Positions 9,431-19,950 are shown, numbered from the stretch's first letter. The stretch: 64,000 nt of DNA from a bacterium (GCA_016699595.1 CP064982.1:11647-75646); one strand, 5' to 3'. The notes: a model not told the origin generated them from the letters alone. Program-made: numbers and translations.

Positions 9431-9682
9431 ATGGCAGATACAGAAAACCCTACAGGCGAACCCCGAAACCTGATGCGAAAAAGAGCTGTCTATGTTACCT
9501 TACTTCTTGGTCTGTCAATATCTACCTGTTTGTTTAGCTTTAACGAAGGTGCAAATAGGAATCCCAGTCCAACCAGACCTCAAGCAACTTCAATGGCCGT
9601 GATTTCTCCGAGTATAGGAGGTGATACTGAAAATCCTGTAGGAAGGAACAGCTACACCTTCGCCAACTGCAATTTCAGATAA
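9431..9682 (+). CDS. hypothetical membrane-anchored small protein
   Basis: N-terminal TM helix; GDTENP(T/V)G motif occurs twice. Confidence 0.3.
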   Translation: MADTENPTGEPRNLMRKRAVYVTLLLGLSISTCLFSFNEGANRNPSPTRPQATSMAVISPSIGGDTENPVGRNSYTFANCNFR

Positions 9683-9710
9683 AGCTGAGGTTAATCAAGA
9701 ACAAGAGATA

Positions 9711-10520
9711 GTGAGGAAAATTTCGGAGTTTCTGATTCCTACTGCACTAAGATTTGCGAAAGCTGCTGGACTTGAACCAGATCCATATAGAAATATAGTT
9801 ATGGACCAATCTATAAACCCAGAAGGAAATATTCAGGGCGAAGTATATGTTCCGATCATAGATAACAAAGGCAACCTATATGCTGTAGTTGATTTCAAAA
9901 TGCAGGGAACTGAGGTTGAAAATGGCGTAGCCTATAGATTAGTCAAAGGTGAGGATGGTCAACCACTTTTGGTTGATTATGCAAATGGACCTCAAGAAGC
10001 AAATCAGAGTGCTGGTCGCTTGCCAGAGTTCACAAGAATTATTGTAGAATCAGAAGGAGGAGCAAGCTCAATGCCTAGCGAAGTTCGTGTGATTAGTCGT
10101 GTTCCAGTTCCTAGTATTGATGACGCTAATCCTTCTGACCAAAGTCAAACAATAGAAACAAATCAATACATAGAAATCAAGCCTCCACATCCGATAAGTC
10201 CCGCAGATTTCATGAAAGATTTACTTGCCAGAGGTATTATACAGATAAAAATCCCATCTGAATACGAAGCGTATCGAGATGTAGTTTTGCAAAAAATTGA
10301 GGGATCCACTTTGTTGTCACAATCAGATTTGAGTTTCTGGAATCGAGAGATCACTCCAGAATTTAATTTCTCTAAAGGGACCGATATCATTAGTTGGATA
10401 AAAAACTTGGTCAAAGGCTATGAAAGTTATGGGGTAGAGTTTATCATCGATGAAAAGGAGTATTCAGATTATCTACATGATATTAATTCAGACATCAAGA
10501 GTGCAACTATTCCAAATTAG
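9711..10520 (+). CDS. hypothetical protein (GTG start in track; frame open from 9618, alternative GTG at 9621)
   Basis: 269-aa ORF; no recognised domain. Confidence 0.4.
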   Translation: MRKISEFLIPTALRFAKAAGLEPDPYRNIVMDQSINPEGNIQGEVYVPIIDNKGNLYAVVDFKMQGTEVENGVAYRLVKGEDGQPLLVDYANGPQEANQSAGRLPEFTRIIVESEGGASSMPSEVRVISRVPVPSIDDANPSDQSQTIETNQYIEIKPPHPISPADFMKDLLARGIIQIKIPSEYEAYRDVVLQKIEGSTLLSQSDLSFWNREITPEFNFSKGTDIISWIKNLVKGYESYGVEFIIDEKEYSDYLHDINSDIKSATIPN

Positions 10521-10546
10521 AATACAGAGCTGCATCGCACATAAAA

Positions 10547-11857
10547 CTAATTCTCAATAGGCTTTATAGACTTTGGTTTATTGTTTTTATGAGTGCTACT
10601 GCCTCCTGTGAAAATACGAGTTCCATCATCAGCAATTACAATATAAGGTTGGAGCAGTTTAAGAGCTGTATCTCGATCAATTTTCTCACCTTTTGAGCTG
10701 TGGGCTGCAATTGCTTCAGCAATTGTTGCCGCTGCAAAACTTGATGCAGGTTGAGCTATTAATTTCGAAGATACCCAAAGATCCATGCCTTTTTGTAATT
10801 CTCCAGTATATGAAAAATCCTCATACCCTGTAGCAATATCACTGCCCCAAACTCCAACAACCAAAATATTGTCGGGCCATAAACCCTCGTTTTCAAGCTG
10901 TTCTCTTGCTTCTCTGATGTCTGGGATTCCAAGACCTTCATAGTAAGATGGGTTGCCTCCAGCTACCACAAAGAATTTATCTGGAAAAGTAGCAGCTACT
11001 TTTGCCATCTGTTTTAGGTTGTTGTATGTTTCACTGCCTGCATAACCGTCTTGATACGACAAGTAAGCTTCGTCTTCTAAGAGTATTTTATATGGATTAT
11101 ACTTTGCTGAACCTATGTGGTATTCGTATTCTTGAATAGGATTTCCAGAGGGATCAAAAAAATTATGTGTGATATGACCATCTATTCCGACGCCAATTAT
11201 AGTATAGGGATTTTTTGGGCGTTCTATTCGATATATGTCGATTTTTCCTTTTATAGTTCCGACTTGCAAGCTAAGGTTTACTATAGGGGCATCTATTTGA
11301 GATATCACTTGCTTTAACTTTTCTGCACTGATTTTGATCTTGATTTTATAGTTACCAATTTCATCTTTTTCTGCATAAGTAATCTGTATAGCTTCATTCA
11401 AAGAGTAGGCTTGGACATTTTCGGGGAAATAGGGTCCCATTCTGTGTTGAAAGACATCAAGCACAGTTTTTCCGTGCGACATATATTCGTTCAAAAATAA
11501 GTATAAAACTTTCTTTGCTTCTTGATCAATATTTGTAGAACCAAGTATTCTGTGAAAACTTGCCTCTTCATCTTCAAGAGTGACCGGAAAGAAATCCACA
11601 ACAGCTACATTGTTTCGAGCTCCAATGCTCTCTCTTGCACCCACGGAATCAAGAACTTTAGTTAGGGCTGGTTTCGGTCTTTCAAGTTTATAAGGTGCTC
11701 CAGAACTTTGAAGCAAAGTTGACAAAGAAGCAATAAACAACAAGGATAAAATACCGCGTCTATGTCTGTTTATTGTCTCTTTCACTTTTTTAGAAATTTC
11801 CGTAATGACTCTTGGGGCTATTGGTTTTTTAGGCTGTTTTTCGTGCAAAGGTCCCAT
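10547..11857 (-). CDS. membrane-anchored subtilase (S8)-like serine peptidase, tentative
   Basis: N-terminal TM segment; motifs IGVGIDGH (Asp-like), VVAGGNPS (oxyanion Asn-like) and ASSFAAATIAEAIAAH (Ser motif resembling GTSMAAPHVAGAAA); spacing atypical. Confidence 0.35.
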   Translation of the reverse strand: MGPLHEKQPKKPIAPRVITEISKKVKETINRHRRGILSLLFIASLSTLLQSSGAPYKLERPKPALTKVLDSVGARESIGARNNVAVVDFFPVTLEDEEASFHRILGSTNIDQEAKKVLYLFLNEYMSHGKTVLDVFQHRMGPYFPENVQAYSLNEAIQITYAEKDEIGNYKIKIKISAEKLKQVISQIDAPIVNLSLQVGTIKGKIDIYRIERPKNPYTIIGVGIDGHITHNFFDPSGNPIQEYEYHIGSAKYNPYKILLEDEAYLSYQDGYAGSETYNNLKQMAKVAATFPDKFFVVAGGNPSYYEGLGIPDIREAREQLENEGLWPDNILVVGVWGSDIATGYEDFSYTGELQKGMDLWVSSKLIAQPASSFAAATIAEAIAAHSSKGEKIDRDTALKLLQPYIVIADDGTRIFTGGSSTHKNNKPKSIKPIEN

Positions 11858-11978
11858 AGTTTCCGGTTATGATAATCTATTTTAATATAAATGCACTCTA
11901 ATATACAAGTATTTATGAAATATAAAGTTCTGTAGCATTCTACTGGTAAATGTTTTGAGAATATATTAAAATGACCAC

Positions 11979-13154
11979 ATGCAAATAATTTTGATTTTGA
12001 AATCAATCCTCATCTTTAGTTTCATTTTGGGACTCATAGTGTTGCTCCATGAACTTGGGCATTATATAGCAGCAAGGCTTACGGGGTGCAAAGTTGAAGC
12101 TTTTGCTTTTGGATTTGGTCCTTCTATACTGAAAAAAAAGAAAGGTGATACTGATTATCGGTGGAATTTGATACCACTTGGGGGGTATTGTCAAATAATG
12201 GGGGAAAGTAGGGATGTAAATGACCCAAGTTCATTGAGTAGCAAAAACCCTGTACAAAAGCTATTTGTCTTTTCTGCTGGTGTTTTGATGAATATTGTAC
12301 TTGCAATTTTTGCATATACACTCTACTTATCATTCACAAACTTTCAAACATATATACCACAACTTCCAGATATACAGACAAATTTTGTCGGCGTACAAGA
12401 AGAAATCGTAAACAAACCTTTGATTACAGATATTCTAGCAGATACTCCAGCTCTTGAATCTGGTATGCAACCTGAAGAATTTCTTTGGGCAGTTGATGCG
12501 ATAGAGATTAGATCTATTGATCAGTTCAAAGACTATCTGCAAGATAAGTTTGGTCAAACCGTGACATTGAAAACCTTGTCACCATACGAACAGGGATACA
12601 AAGAGTACAAGCTTTATCTAGATTACAAAGATGAAGAAGGCAAAGTTCTTGCTGGATTTGGAAATAATCCAAGTACTGGATTTTACATTTTGAATTATTC
12701 TCAAAATAAAGTTTTTTCTGGATTTGCACACACACTAAATATATCAAAATATACCATCGGATCAATTCGATACTTGATAAGTGAATCAAAAGCGCAGGAT
12801 AGTTTGGAACCAATTTCACAAGGAACTGGCACTATTTTGAAAGCTGGCGAGATCACATACAAGTATGTGAAAGGTGATAAGTTTTTGGAGATAGTCAATT
12901 TGCTAGCGGGAATTAGTTTGTCAGTTGGCATACTAAATATACTCCCAATTCCTCCTTTGGATGGTGGGCACATTTTAGTTTTGTTTGTAGAAATAATTAC
13001 AAGAAGGAAAATGCCTGATAAGTGGAAAAGTATCATATTCAATTTATTTTTTGCATTGTTAATGTTGTTGTTTGTAGTTATGCTTATAAAAGATGTCAAA
13101 ACATCTGATATAGGTATAGTGAAAAGTACTTTGGAAAAATTGCACTTGAAGTAA
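11979..13154 (+). CDS. rseP: RseP-like site-2 protease (M50 zinc metalloprotease)
   Basis: HELGHY HExxH motif within a TM helix; LDGGH motif; central PDZ-like region. Confidence 0.8.
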   Translation: MQIILILKSILIFSFILGLIVLLHELGHYIAARLTGCKVEAFAFGFGPSILKKKKGDTDYRWNLIPLGGYCQIMGESRDVNDPSSLSSKNPVQKLFVFSAGVLMNIVLAIFAYTLYLSFTNFQTYIPQLPDIQTNFVGVQEEIVNKPLITDILADTPALESGMQPEEFLWAVDAIEIRSIDQFKDYLQDKFGQTVTLKTLSPYEQGYKEYKLYLDYKDEEGKVLAGFGNNPSTGFYILNYSQNKVFSGFAHTLNISKYTIGSIRYLISESKAQDSLEPISQGTGTILKAGEITYKYVKGDKFLEIVNLLAGISLSVGILNILPIPPLDGGHILVLFVEIITRRKMPDKWKSIIFNLFFALLMLLFVVMLIKDVKTSDIGIVKSTLEKLHLK

Positions 13155-13338
13155 ACTAGTTGAAGTTTGTCAAGAATGTTGCTCTTTTCACTTTACAAGT
13201 GATCTGCATTTGCTATAAAATAGTCAAAACTTGGTCAGACTTACTACTGTTGGTCTAAGTTATTGTAGTTGTTGTTTGAATAATTCAGATAATTCATGTT
13301 ATCTAATTAGCTTTGCCTGACTTTCAAAAAAGAAAATT

Positions 13339-14313
13339 ATGTTCACTCAATTGCCTGATGGACAACAAATAAACGAGAAAAATACTGCTGAAGCTCATTT
13401 CACCATAGAAAAGAAGCATGTTTACTGGTTACTTGGATTTTCAATATTTGTAACTATACTTTTGCTAATTCTATTGATAAGCTTCTGGGTATTTAGAAAG
13501 TCGCAAAACAACTTTGTTGCGATAACACAATCTTCTAGTAGTAGTTCGCTAGCGTATCAATATGATTTTGAAAGCAGTGCAAATACTGAAGAAACATTTG
13601 GATCAACTAGTAGTGTCGAATCATCTTCACAAGGTCAATCTTCTGAATCATCAAGTAGTTCTAGTCAAGGGTTGAAGTTTTTACATAACGAGGGAAAGTA
13701 TGTTCGGTTTGACTATCCAGAAGGTTGGAATCTTGAAGTAACTTCCAATAAAAGCGACAAATCTTTTTCAAGTTTTGATGATATCAATGAGATCATTCTA
13801 ACTAAAGATGGTTATACAATGAAAGTTACAGATCTCTTGCCAAGAGGTGGAGTAGGTTATATGATTGATTCTATAAACAACCAATTTCTAGTAAGTAGAA
13901 TAGAGGAAAGTCTAAAAAAGTATCCAATCAAAGATCTCGAAGTATCACAGATGAACTTGAATGATCGCTACTTCATAGAATTCACTTTTGCGCAAGATGT
14001 TGAAGGTATAGATAATGTTTATAACGGGGAAAGTATATATAATGGTAGAAGAATTCAAATAATGGCTACATCAAATCAAGGTAGTATTTGTAATGGCACA
14101 AGTCAGAATTGCTTTAGTTTGGATCCTGATTTTGGTTATGCGAAACCAGATAATGTGAACACAATAGCATTTATCCCTTTGAGTTCAAATTTAGCAAGTT
14201 CTTCTTGGGATAGAGCAGTTGTTTTGGATAGAAAAAATGACTCCAACTTTATGAAGGGAGATGATCTCGTTGTAATAATAGAAAAGTTCGTCAATAGCAT
14301 ACAAAAAAAATAA
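13339..14313 (+). CDS. membrane-anchored secreted/surface protein, paralog A of a tandem pair
   Basis: N-terminal TM segment, Ser-rich linker, conserved block LKFLHNEGKYVRFDYPEGWNLEV and C-terminal IIEKFVNSIQKK shared with the next gene. Confidence 0.5.
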   Translation: MFTQLPDGQQINEKNTAEAHFTIEKKHVYWLLGFSIFVTILLLILLISFWVFRKSQNNFVAITQSSSSSSLAYQYDFESSANTEETFGSTSSVESSSQGQSSESSSSSSQGLKFLHNEGKYVRFDYPEGWNLEVTSNKSDKSFSSFDDINEIILTKDGYTMKVTDLLPRGGVGYMIDSINNQFLVSRIEESLKKYPIKDLEVSQMNLNDRYFIEFTFAQDVEGIDNVYNGESIYNGRRIQIMATSNQGSICNGTSQNCFSLDPDFGYAKPDNVNTIAFIPLSSNLASSSWDRAVVLDRKNDSNFMKGDDLVVIIEKFVNSIQKK

Positions 14314-14340
14314 ATATTATTCACCCTAAATTTACAAACT

Positions 14341-15273
14341 ATGCCTCAAGAAAACATCGAACCAACAAATCGCTTTCAAAAAATATTGCATAATGACAGC
14401 ACAAAAATATTTTTGATAATCTTACTTCTAGTAATTACTTGTATACTAGCATCGCTAGTATTACTTCTACTTACGAAAGACGGGAAGGAGAGCTCAACCC
14501 AAGTTAGCCAAAGTAAATCTCTTGATACTTCTAGCACTAGGACTATGGTAACTTCAAATCAATCATCTTCCTTGACAGATTCGTCCAACAAATCAAATAG
14601 TTCTGGATCTATAAGTTCATCTACCAATAGTAGCTCTCTAGTAAAGTTCGTTCATAATGAGGGAAAGTATGTTCGGTTTGATTATCCAGAAAATTGGAGG
14701 GTTGATGTAGGATCCAAAAGAGCTGATGGGACATTCAATAGCTTCAATGATATAGGAGGAATAAACATCAGTATAGTTGGTAGGTACTCAATCGGATTTG
14801 ATACTTCAGGTGGTTATGGGTGTTTAGGTGGAGCTGAATGGTATATAGAGCAATCAGATTTGACAAAAGCATACTCTAAAGTTCTATTGGACAACCCAGA
14901 TCCTAACGACTCAAATCCATATTTTGAATATAGAGAAAATCAAATTGCTAACTTTCAAAAAGTAAAAGTAAGTGTCCCTAAAAAGTCAGCTTATGATCTG
15001 TATTTGATAGAGTTCGACTATAAAACATTTCCTCAAGGATGGTCAGGAGATTCTCCAACAGTTCAGCAATTGTCATACTTTGATAAAGAGGAAAACAGAT
15101 TTATCAATATAGCATGCAATTATTGGATGGAACTTGACAAATCCTCTGCTGGAATAAATACAGAGATTCAGAATTTGACTTTTGCAGCACCTATGAATGG
15201 TGGTACTAAGGTAAATATCAATACCCTTGGAGAGATAATAGAAAAGTTTATCAATAGCATTGAGAAGAAATAA
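14341..15273 (+). CDS. membrane-anchored secreted/surface protein, paralog B of a tandem pair
   Basis: Same architecture as the preceding gene: LVKFVHNEGKYVRFDYPENWRVDV ... IIEKFINSIEKK. Confidence 0.5.
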   Translation: MPQENIEPTNRFQKILHNDSTKIFLIILLLVITCILASLVLLLLTKDGKESSTQVSQSKSLDTSSTRTMVTSNQSSSLTDSSNKSNSSGSISSSTNSSSLVKFVHNEGKYVRFDYPENWRVDVGSKRADGTFNSFNDIGGINISIVGRYSIGFDTSGGYGCLGGAEWYIEQSDLTKAYSKVLLDNPDPNDSNPYFEYRENQIANFQKVKVSVPKKSAYDLYLIEFDYKTFPQGWSGDSPTVQQLSYFDKEENRFINIACNYWMELDKSSAGINTEIQNLTFAAPMNGGTKVNINTLGEIIEKFINSIEKK

Positions 15274-15519
15274 AAGTACTTAGTTCGTCAACAAATCAAA
15301 AATCTCAAGTGCAAGATGCTTGCAACAGGGCAAACTATAGAAAGTCAAGGAATATGAAATTTTGGCTTTGTTGCTGAGAGATTGTTGAGTAATTGAATTG
15401 GCAGGAAGAAGAGGTGGATCTAGGTAATCTTGATTTTGATATGGAAACTCTTTGTTGCATTTTCCTTGATCTTGTGATACAATATAGTAAAACTAAATCA
15501 CTTAATAACAAATAAAATT

Positions 15520-16347
15520 ATGCCAAAAGAACGAGCTACAATAAGAACTAAATTCAAACTTAATTCGGCCGAAGCGTTTTTAGGTTACCCAGTGCGTACC
15601 AATAAGAGCTACTCGGAATTAAAAGCTAAGTTTGAAGCAGAGCAAAGAAGTTCTCTTCTGGAGAAACAATTTGTTGACTATGCAAATTTGCGTAAAAAAG
15701 GTTACCAACCTGAATCACGTGGTGCTTTGTTTGATCGTTACCAAAAGGAAATGCGAGGAGGGAGGATGACTCCAGACCAGATTTATGGTAAAGCAGTTGA
15801 AGCAAGTAATTTTGCAAGGACAAAAGAATTGCTAGCCGAAAAGAATTACAAAGAGGCCTATGTTAAACAATTATTGGAAGAATGTCAGTATCTCCCAATC
15901 GATCCCCAAATGGCTATAGAATATTTGCGTGAAATTGGCGTCCATCATAAAGTAAATGGAAGCACTGTACCAAAATATTTGCTTAGGAATTTACACCTTC
16001 GCGATCAAATATTGGAAGCAGCAAAAATGGAATTAACAGAAAGACGTGAAACGGAGAACATCGCGAAAGCAGTCACAATAATCAAGGAGAAGAAAACCCC
16101 ATCGCCCGAACTAATTGCTGTGATAGAAGAGATTGAAACTAGTATTCAAGAAGGCGAGAATTTGGATCAAATAGAATCTGTCTGCAGGATAAAATTACAT
16201 GGATATAAAACTACTGACTCAATAAGAGGATGGTTAGCTGAGCTTGAGAACCGAATATTACAGATCAATACTGAATTAGAAGGATTGAAAAATCATAAAC
16301 CTTTAAAATTTGCCCTTCTTAGATTTGCAGGTAGAATAAGGTTTTAA
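15520..16347 (+). CDS. hypothetical protein
   Basis: 275-aa ORF; no recognised domain. Confidence 0.4.
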   Translation: MPKERATIRTKFKLNSAEAFLGYPVRTNKSYSELKAKFEAEQRSSLLEKQFVDYANLRKKGYQPESRGALFDRYQKEMRGGRMTPDQIYGKAVEASNFARTKELLAEKNYKEAYVKQLLEECQYLPIDPQMAIEYLREIGVHHKVNGSTVPKYLLRNLHLRDQILEAAKMELTERRETENIAKAVTIIKEKKTPSPELIAVIEEIETSIQEGENLDQIESVCRIKLHGYKTTDSIRGWLAELENRILQINTELEGLKNHKPLKFALLRFAGRIRF

Positions 16348-16616
16348 ATTGTGCTATAAGTAATCGTAAACACTTGCAGATTATTTGGGAATAGAATTCT
16401 CGCCTTCTTCTTGGTTTTACTATTTGCGGCTATTCAAAAGAACTTCTATAGATAATTGATATGCTTGTCTAGTTCGTCTAAAGAGTACTTTATAAGCACT
16501 CTTTAGCTTGTGTTGCTATATTTATACGGAATGAAGTTCTGTTTATTTAGAAAAAGATCAAAAAACCTCTATCTTTCTTGAAATATCCATTTTGATTTGC
16601 TATCATTTGCAAAGTA

Positions 16617-16690
16617 CGGGGCGTAGTTCAGTTGGCTAGAACGTCCGGTTTGGGACCGGAAGGTCGTGAGTTCGAGTCTCGCCGCCCCGA
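16617..16690 (+). tRNA. tRNA-Pro (anticodon TGG)
   Basis: Acceptor CGGGGCG/CGCCCCG, D-stem GTTC/GAAC, anticodon stem TCCGG/CCGGA, loop TTTGGGA. Confidence 0.8.
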
Positions 16691-16770
16691 ATTTCAAAAA
16701 TATCTTTTCAAAAAAATTCAATTATTTTAATCAAATTTGAGATAACTTAAAAGTTATCTGACATACAAAT

Positions 16771-17235
16771 ATGGAAGGCAACACACCTCAAACAGCAGAA
16801 ACAGTTGAACCAAAAACTACAAATGTCGAACCAACTCCTGCAAGCGATGCAGAAGTTTCGGTTACACAACCTGTAGCAACAGAACCAAAACAAGCTGAAA
16901 ATCCAAACCCAGCTCCAACTAAACCTATAGTTACGGATCATATTGTAAAGGGAATACTGATTTGGTTTTTACCAATAATTGGAGGTTTGATGTATGTCGG
17001 AGATGACGACAAGATGGTAGTCACTCATGCAAGACAATCTATCGCATTTAGTATAATTATCGTACTTTTTGTAGGAGTTGTAAACTTAATTCCTTTTATC
17101 GGTGCAATTGTGAGCTTTCTAGTGCCAATTGTATACCTTGTAGTTGCAGTATTGATGGTAATGAAATTCAATAAAAATCAAACGGAAAGACTTCCTTTTG
17201 TAGATGAAGTCGTCAAAATGATTTGGAATAAATAA
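16771..17235 (+). CDS. DUF4870-like membrane protein with a Pro/Thr-rich N-terminus
   Basis: Two TM helices with GILIWFLPIIGGLMYVGDDDKMVVTHARQSIAF resembling the DUF4870 core. Confidence 0.4.
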   Translation: MEGNTPQTAETVEPKTTNVEPTPASDAEVSVTQPVATEPKQAENPNPAPTKPIVTDHIVKGILIWFLPIIGGLMYVGDDDKMVVTHARQSIAFSIIIVLFVGVVNLIPFIGAIVSFLVPIVYLVVAVLMVMKFNKNQTERLPFVDEVVKMIWNK

Positions 17236-17256
17236 AAATTATAATTTACAAAATTT

Positions 17257-17478
17257 ATGACAGTTACAGCATCACCACGAGAACCAATAGATTCGGCTTT
17301 GCGAAGACTTCAAAGAGCAGCATCTACTGAAGAAATTCTTGAAACTCTTCAAAAGAGAACCAAGTTTCGAAAAAAACAACAAGAGTTGGCACAGGTAAAC
17401 AAAGTCTTATCAAAGATGAAGAGAAGGCGAAGGGCTGCAAAACGAGCAAGTAGTGTCAAGGGTACCCCAAGAAGATAA
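17257..17478 (+). CDS. rpsU: 30S ribosomal protein bS21
   Basis: SALRRLQRAASTEEILETLQKRTKFRKKQQE matches the S21 ALRRFKR...G.L.E.R.R..Y.K...RK pattern; basic C-terminus. Confidence 0.6.
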   Translation: MTVTASPREPIDSALRRLQRAASTEEILETLQKRTKFRKKQQELAQVNKVLSKMKRRRRAAKRASSVKGTPRR

Positions 17479-17490
17479 TTCTTTGAACAA

Positions 17491-19137
17491 ATGAAAAAAG
17501 CTGCCCAATTACTTTTTGTATCTTTCCTTGTAATTGTAATTTCAATTTTCTTCGCACAACAAAGAACGAAGATTTTGTTTTCATCGTTTGAAAAAGAACC
17601 TGAGAAACTAAAGATATACTACACATTTTTTCCAGATCTCCAAGATAACCTAGATTTGACGCTTAGTTCTCAAATTGATGAATTGACCTCAAGTGCATGG
17701 GAACTACAAAAAGTTTCTTCACAAAGCAATACTCCAGATATAGATATACAAGTCTCGCTATCTTTAGAAGAGAAGTTGAACTACAAGGTTATGATACCTG
17801 TAACTCATTTTTATCAAACCTTTGATAGTGTTGATCTAACAAATGATTATCTTTATAGTTGTTTCGAAAATTGCAGTGATGTGCGTCTTGTATTGAATTA
17901 CTTAGACAAAGACTTGAGTTTGCTCAAGGAATTTGCTGATCAAGATGAATTCTTGACATATTTAGAGGAAGAAAAATCAATCTCTTTCATTGAGCCTAGA
18001 TACTTGGATTACAAATACAAGCTATTGTTGCTAAACAATCATTACTACCTTGACGACATATCAAAAGGATTTCTGAGTATAGGTATAAATGCAATTGACA
18101 AAAGTAATGAAGCAAATGCATTCATCCTTGAAGCAAAGAACAAATTAAATGCACTTTTTGATGGGTACGCTTCAACAAGTGAGACTGGTATAACCTTATC
18201 ACAGATAAAGACTCTCCAGATGACTGGTGTTACTGCTATGTCAAGGCAATACTTGATGAAAATGAGATCAATGGGGATTGATTTTATGCTAGGAAGCATA
18301 AAAGAAGTTTTGCAAAATGCAAGTTTGACTCATGTATCAAATGAAGTTAGCATGACAAGCAATTGCACTATCAGTGATACTAGGTTTTGTTCTGACCTCA
18401 GTTCACTAAGTTTATTGCAAAAAGCTGGAGTAGATATAGTCGAACTTACTGGAAATCACAATAATGACTGGGGTTTTGAAGCGAATGAAAGTACCATAAA
18501 TCTATATAATGAGAATGGTCTATCATACTTTGGAGGAGGACTAAATGCAGAAGATGCAGCAAAGACTTTGTACAAAGAAATAGGGGATACAAAATTAGCC
18601 TTTTTGGGGTACAACTACTATGATACTTTGAAAAATACTTATGCTATAGCTACTTCGAATCCTGGAGCAAATAGTTTCGACCTGGCAAAGATTCAAAGTG
18701 ATATAACTAAGTCAAAATCAGAAGGTGCTTTTGTGATAGTGTCTGTTCAGTATACTGAATGCTACGCATATCCTGACACGAACATAATTTTCAAGCAATG
18801 TTACTTGCCTGTTCAGGGTCAAAAGGAAGATTTTCGAAAAATTGTCGACATAGGGGCAGATCTTGTCATTGGTACACAAGCACATCAACCACAAACATTT
18901 GAACTATACCAAGGAAAGCCTATATTTTATGGGCTAGGAAATCTTTTCTTTGATCAGTATATGTGGGTAGGTACAAGTCATGGAATGATTTTGAAGTTTT
19001 ACTTCTTGAAAAACGAACTCCTGCAGGTGAAGATCATAAGTACAAATTATGACAAATCTATGGTAACATATGAAACTTCAGGTTCAGAAAGAAAGGCGCT
19101 TTTGGATCTTCTGTTTGAAGCAAGGAACGGTTTGTAA
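17491..19137 (+). CDS. CapA/PGA_cap-family metallophosphatase-like protein with an N-terminal TM anchor
   Basis: DIVELTGNHNNDWGFE (aNNH..D.G), HQPQTFELYQGKPIFYGLGNLFFDQ (SLGNF-like C-terminal motif). Confidence 0.55.
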   Translation: MKKAAQLLFVSFLVIVISIFFAQQRTKILFSSFEKEPEKLKIYYTFFPDLQDNLDLTLSSQIDELTSSAWELQKVSSQSNTPDIDIQVSLSLEEKLNYKVMIPVTHFYQTFDSVDLTNDYLYSCFENCSDVRLVLNYLDKDLSLLKEFADQDEFLTYLEEEKSISFIEPRYLDYKYKLLLLNNHYYLDDISKGFLSIGINAIDKSNEANAFILEAKNKLNALFDGYASTSETGITLSQIKTLQMTGVTAMSRQYLMKMRSMGIDFMLGSIKEVLQNASLTHVSNEVSMTSNCTISDTRFCSDLSSLSLLQKAGVDIVELTGNHNNDWGFEANESTINLYNENGLSYFGGGLNAEDAAKTLYKEIGDTKLAFLGYNYYDTLKNTYAIATSNPGANSFDLAKIQSDITKSKSEGAFVIVSVQYTECYAYPDTNIIFKQCYLPVQGQKEDFRKIVDIGADLVIGTQAHQPQTFELYQGKPIFYGLGNLFFDQYMWVGTSHGMILKFYFLKNELLQVKIISTNYDKSMVTYETSGSERKALLDLLFEARNGL

Positions 19138-19162
19138 GTGATGTTAGCTTTACAAAAAATGC

Positions 19163-19191
19163 TTGACTTTGTTATGGCAAAGGTGTATACT
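19163..19191 (+). promoter_or_regulatory. sigma70-like promoter TTGACT-N17-TATACT upstream of the 19230 gene
   Basis: TTGACT at 19163-19168, a 17-nt spacer, TATACT at 19186-19191, ~38 nt before the ATG. Confidence 0.4.
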
Positions 19192-19229
19192 CTAGTTAGA
19201 AATTAGTCATTATATCTAACAGAAAAATT

Positions 19230-19892
19230 ATGAACAAAGACAATCCAATAGAACCACAACCTGGAGATTTTTTTAATGGTTTTGGCCCAAAAATTTATGC
19301 CAAAGATGAGATGAGGGGAGGTAGTAGAATGTATCCTACAAATCCATTCAGACTCTATGTTTCTCATCTATTGGCATTTGAGTTGGGAAAAATAGCACCA
19401 GATCTAGAAGGACCACCTTTGAATAAATTGACAGAAGGAACTTATGCAAAGGATGGAAAATGGATTCAACCAATTGCTGTAGGTATTTTAAGGTGCCGTG
19501 TGAATGAAGAATTTAAGCCGAGTCGTTGGAGAGAAGCTTTATCATATAATTTAGTCTTAGTTACATCTTTGGTAATTGGAGGTGGAGTAGCATTTTTAGG
19601 TTTAAACGAGCTTAATGGTCTAGGCTTCCTATCAAACGATTTGGTTCGTCTGTCTGGCGAAATGGTGCATAGGTCAACGGTAGATATTATAAATAATTTA
19701 GGTAAACACATTTTTGCTCCAGATGTTTTGAATGCCATTAGTACATTTGTAACTTCAAGGGAGGCGATAATTGCTTTCTTAGCTATAATAGGGTTTGCTG
19801 GTTCAACAATAGCCAAAAGATTAATAGGTAATGCAAAGTTAGACGTAGCACATCAGATTCTTGATCATTATATAGAATTAGCCGATGAGTAA
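19230..19892 (+). CDS. hypothetical protein with C-terminal hydrophobic segments
   Basis: 220-aa ORF; no recognised domain. Confidence 0.4.
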   Translation: MNKDNPIEPQPGDFFNGFGPKIYAKDEMRGGSRMYPTNPFRLYVSHLLAFELGKIAPDLEGPPLNKLTEGTYAKDGKWIQPIAVGILRCRVNEEFKPSRWREALSYNLVLVTSLVIGGGVAFLGLNELNGLGFLSNDLVRLSGEMVHRSTVDIINNLGKHIFAPDVLNAISTFVTSREAIIAFLAIIGFAGSTIAKRLIGNAKLDVAHQILDHYIELADE

Positions 19893-19950
19893 GGAAAACC
19901 TTACTACTAGAATTTATATACTCATCTATTTCAACTAAGTAAACAAAATA

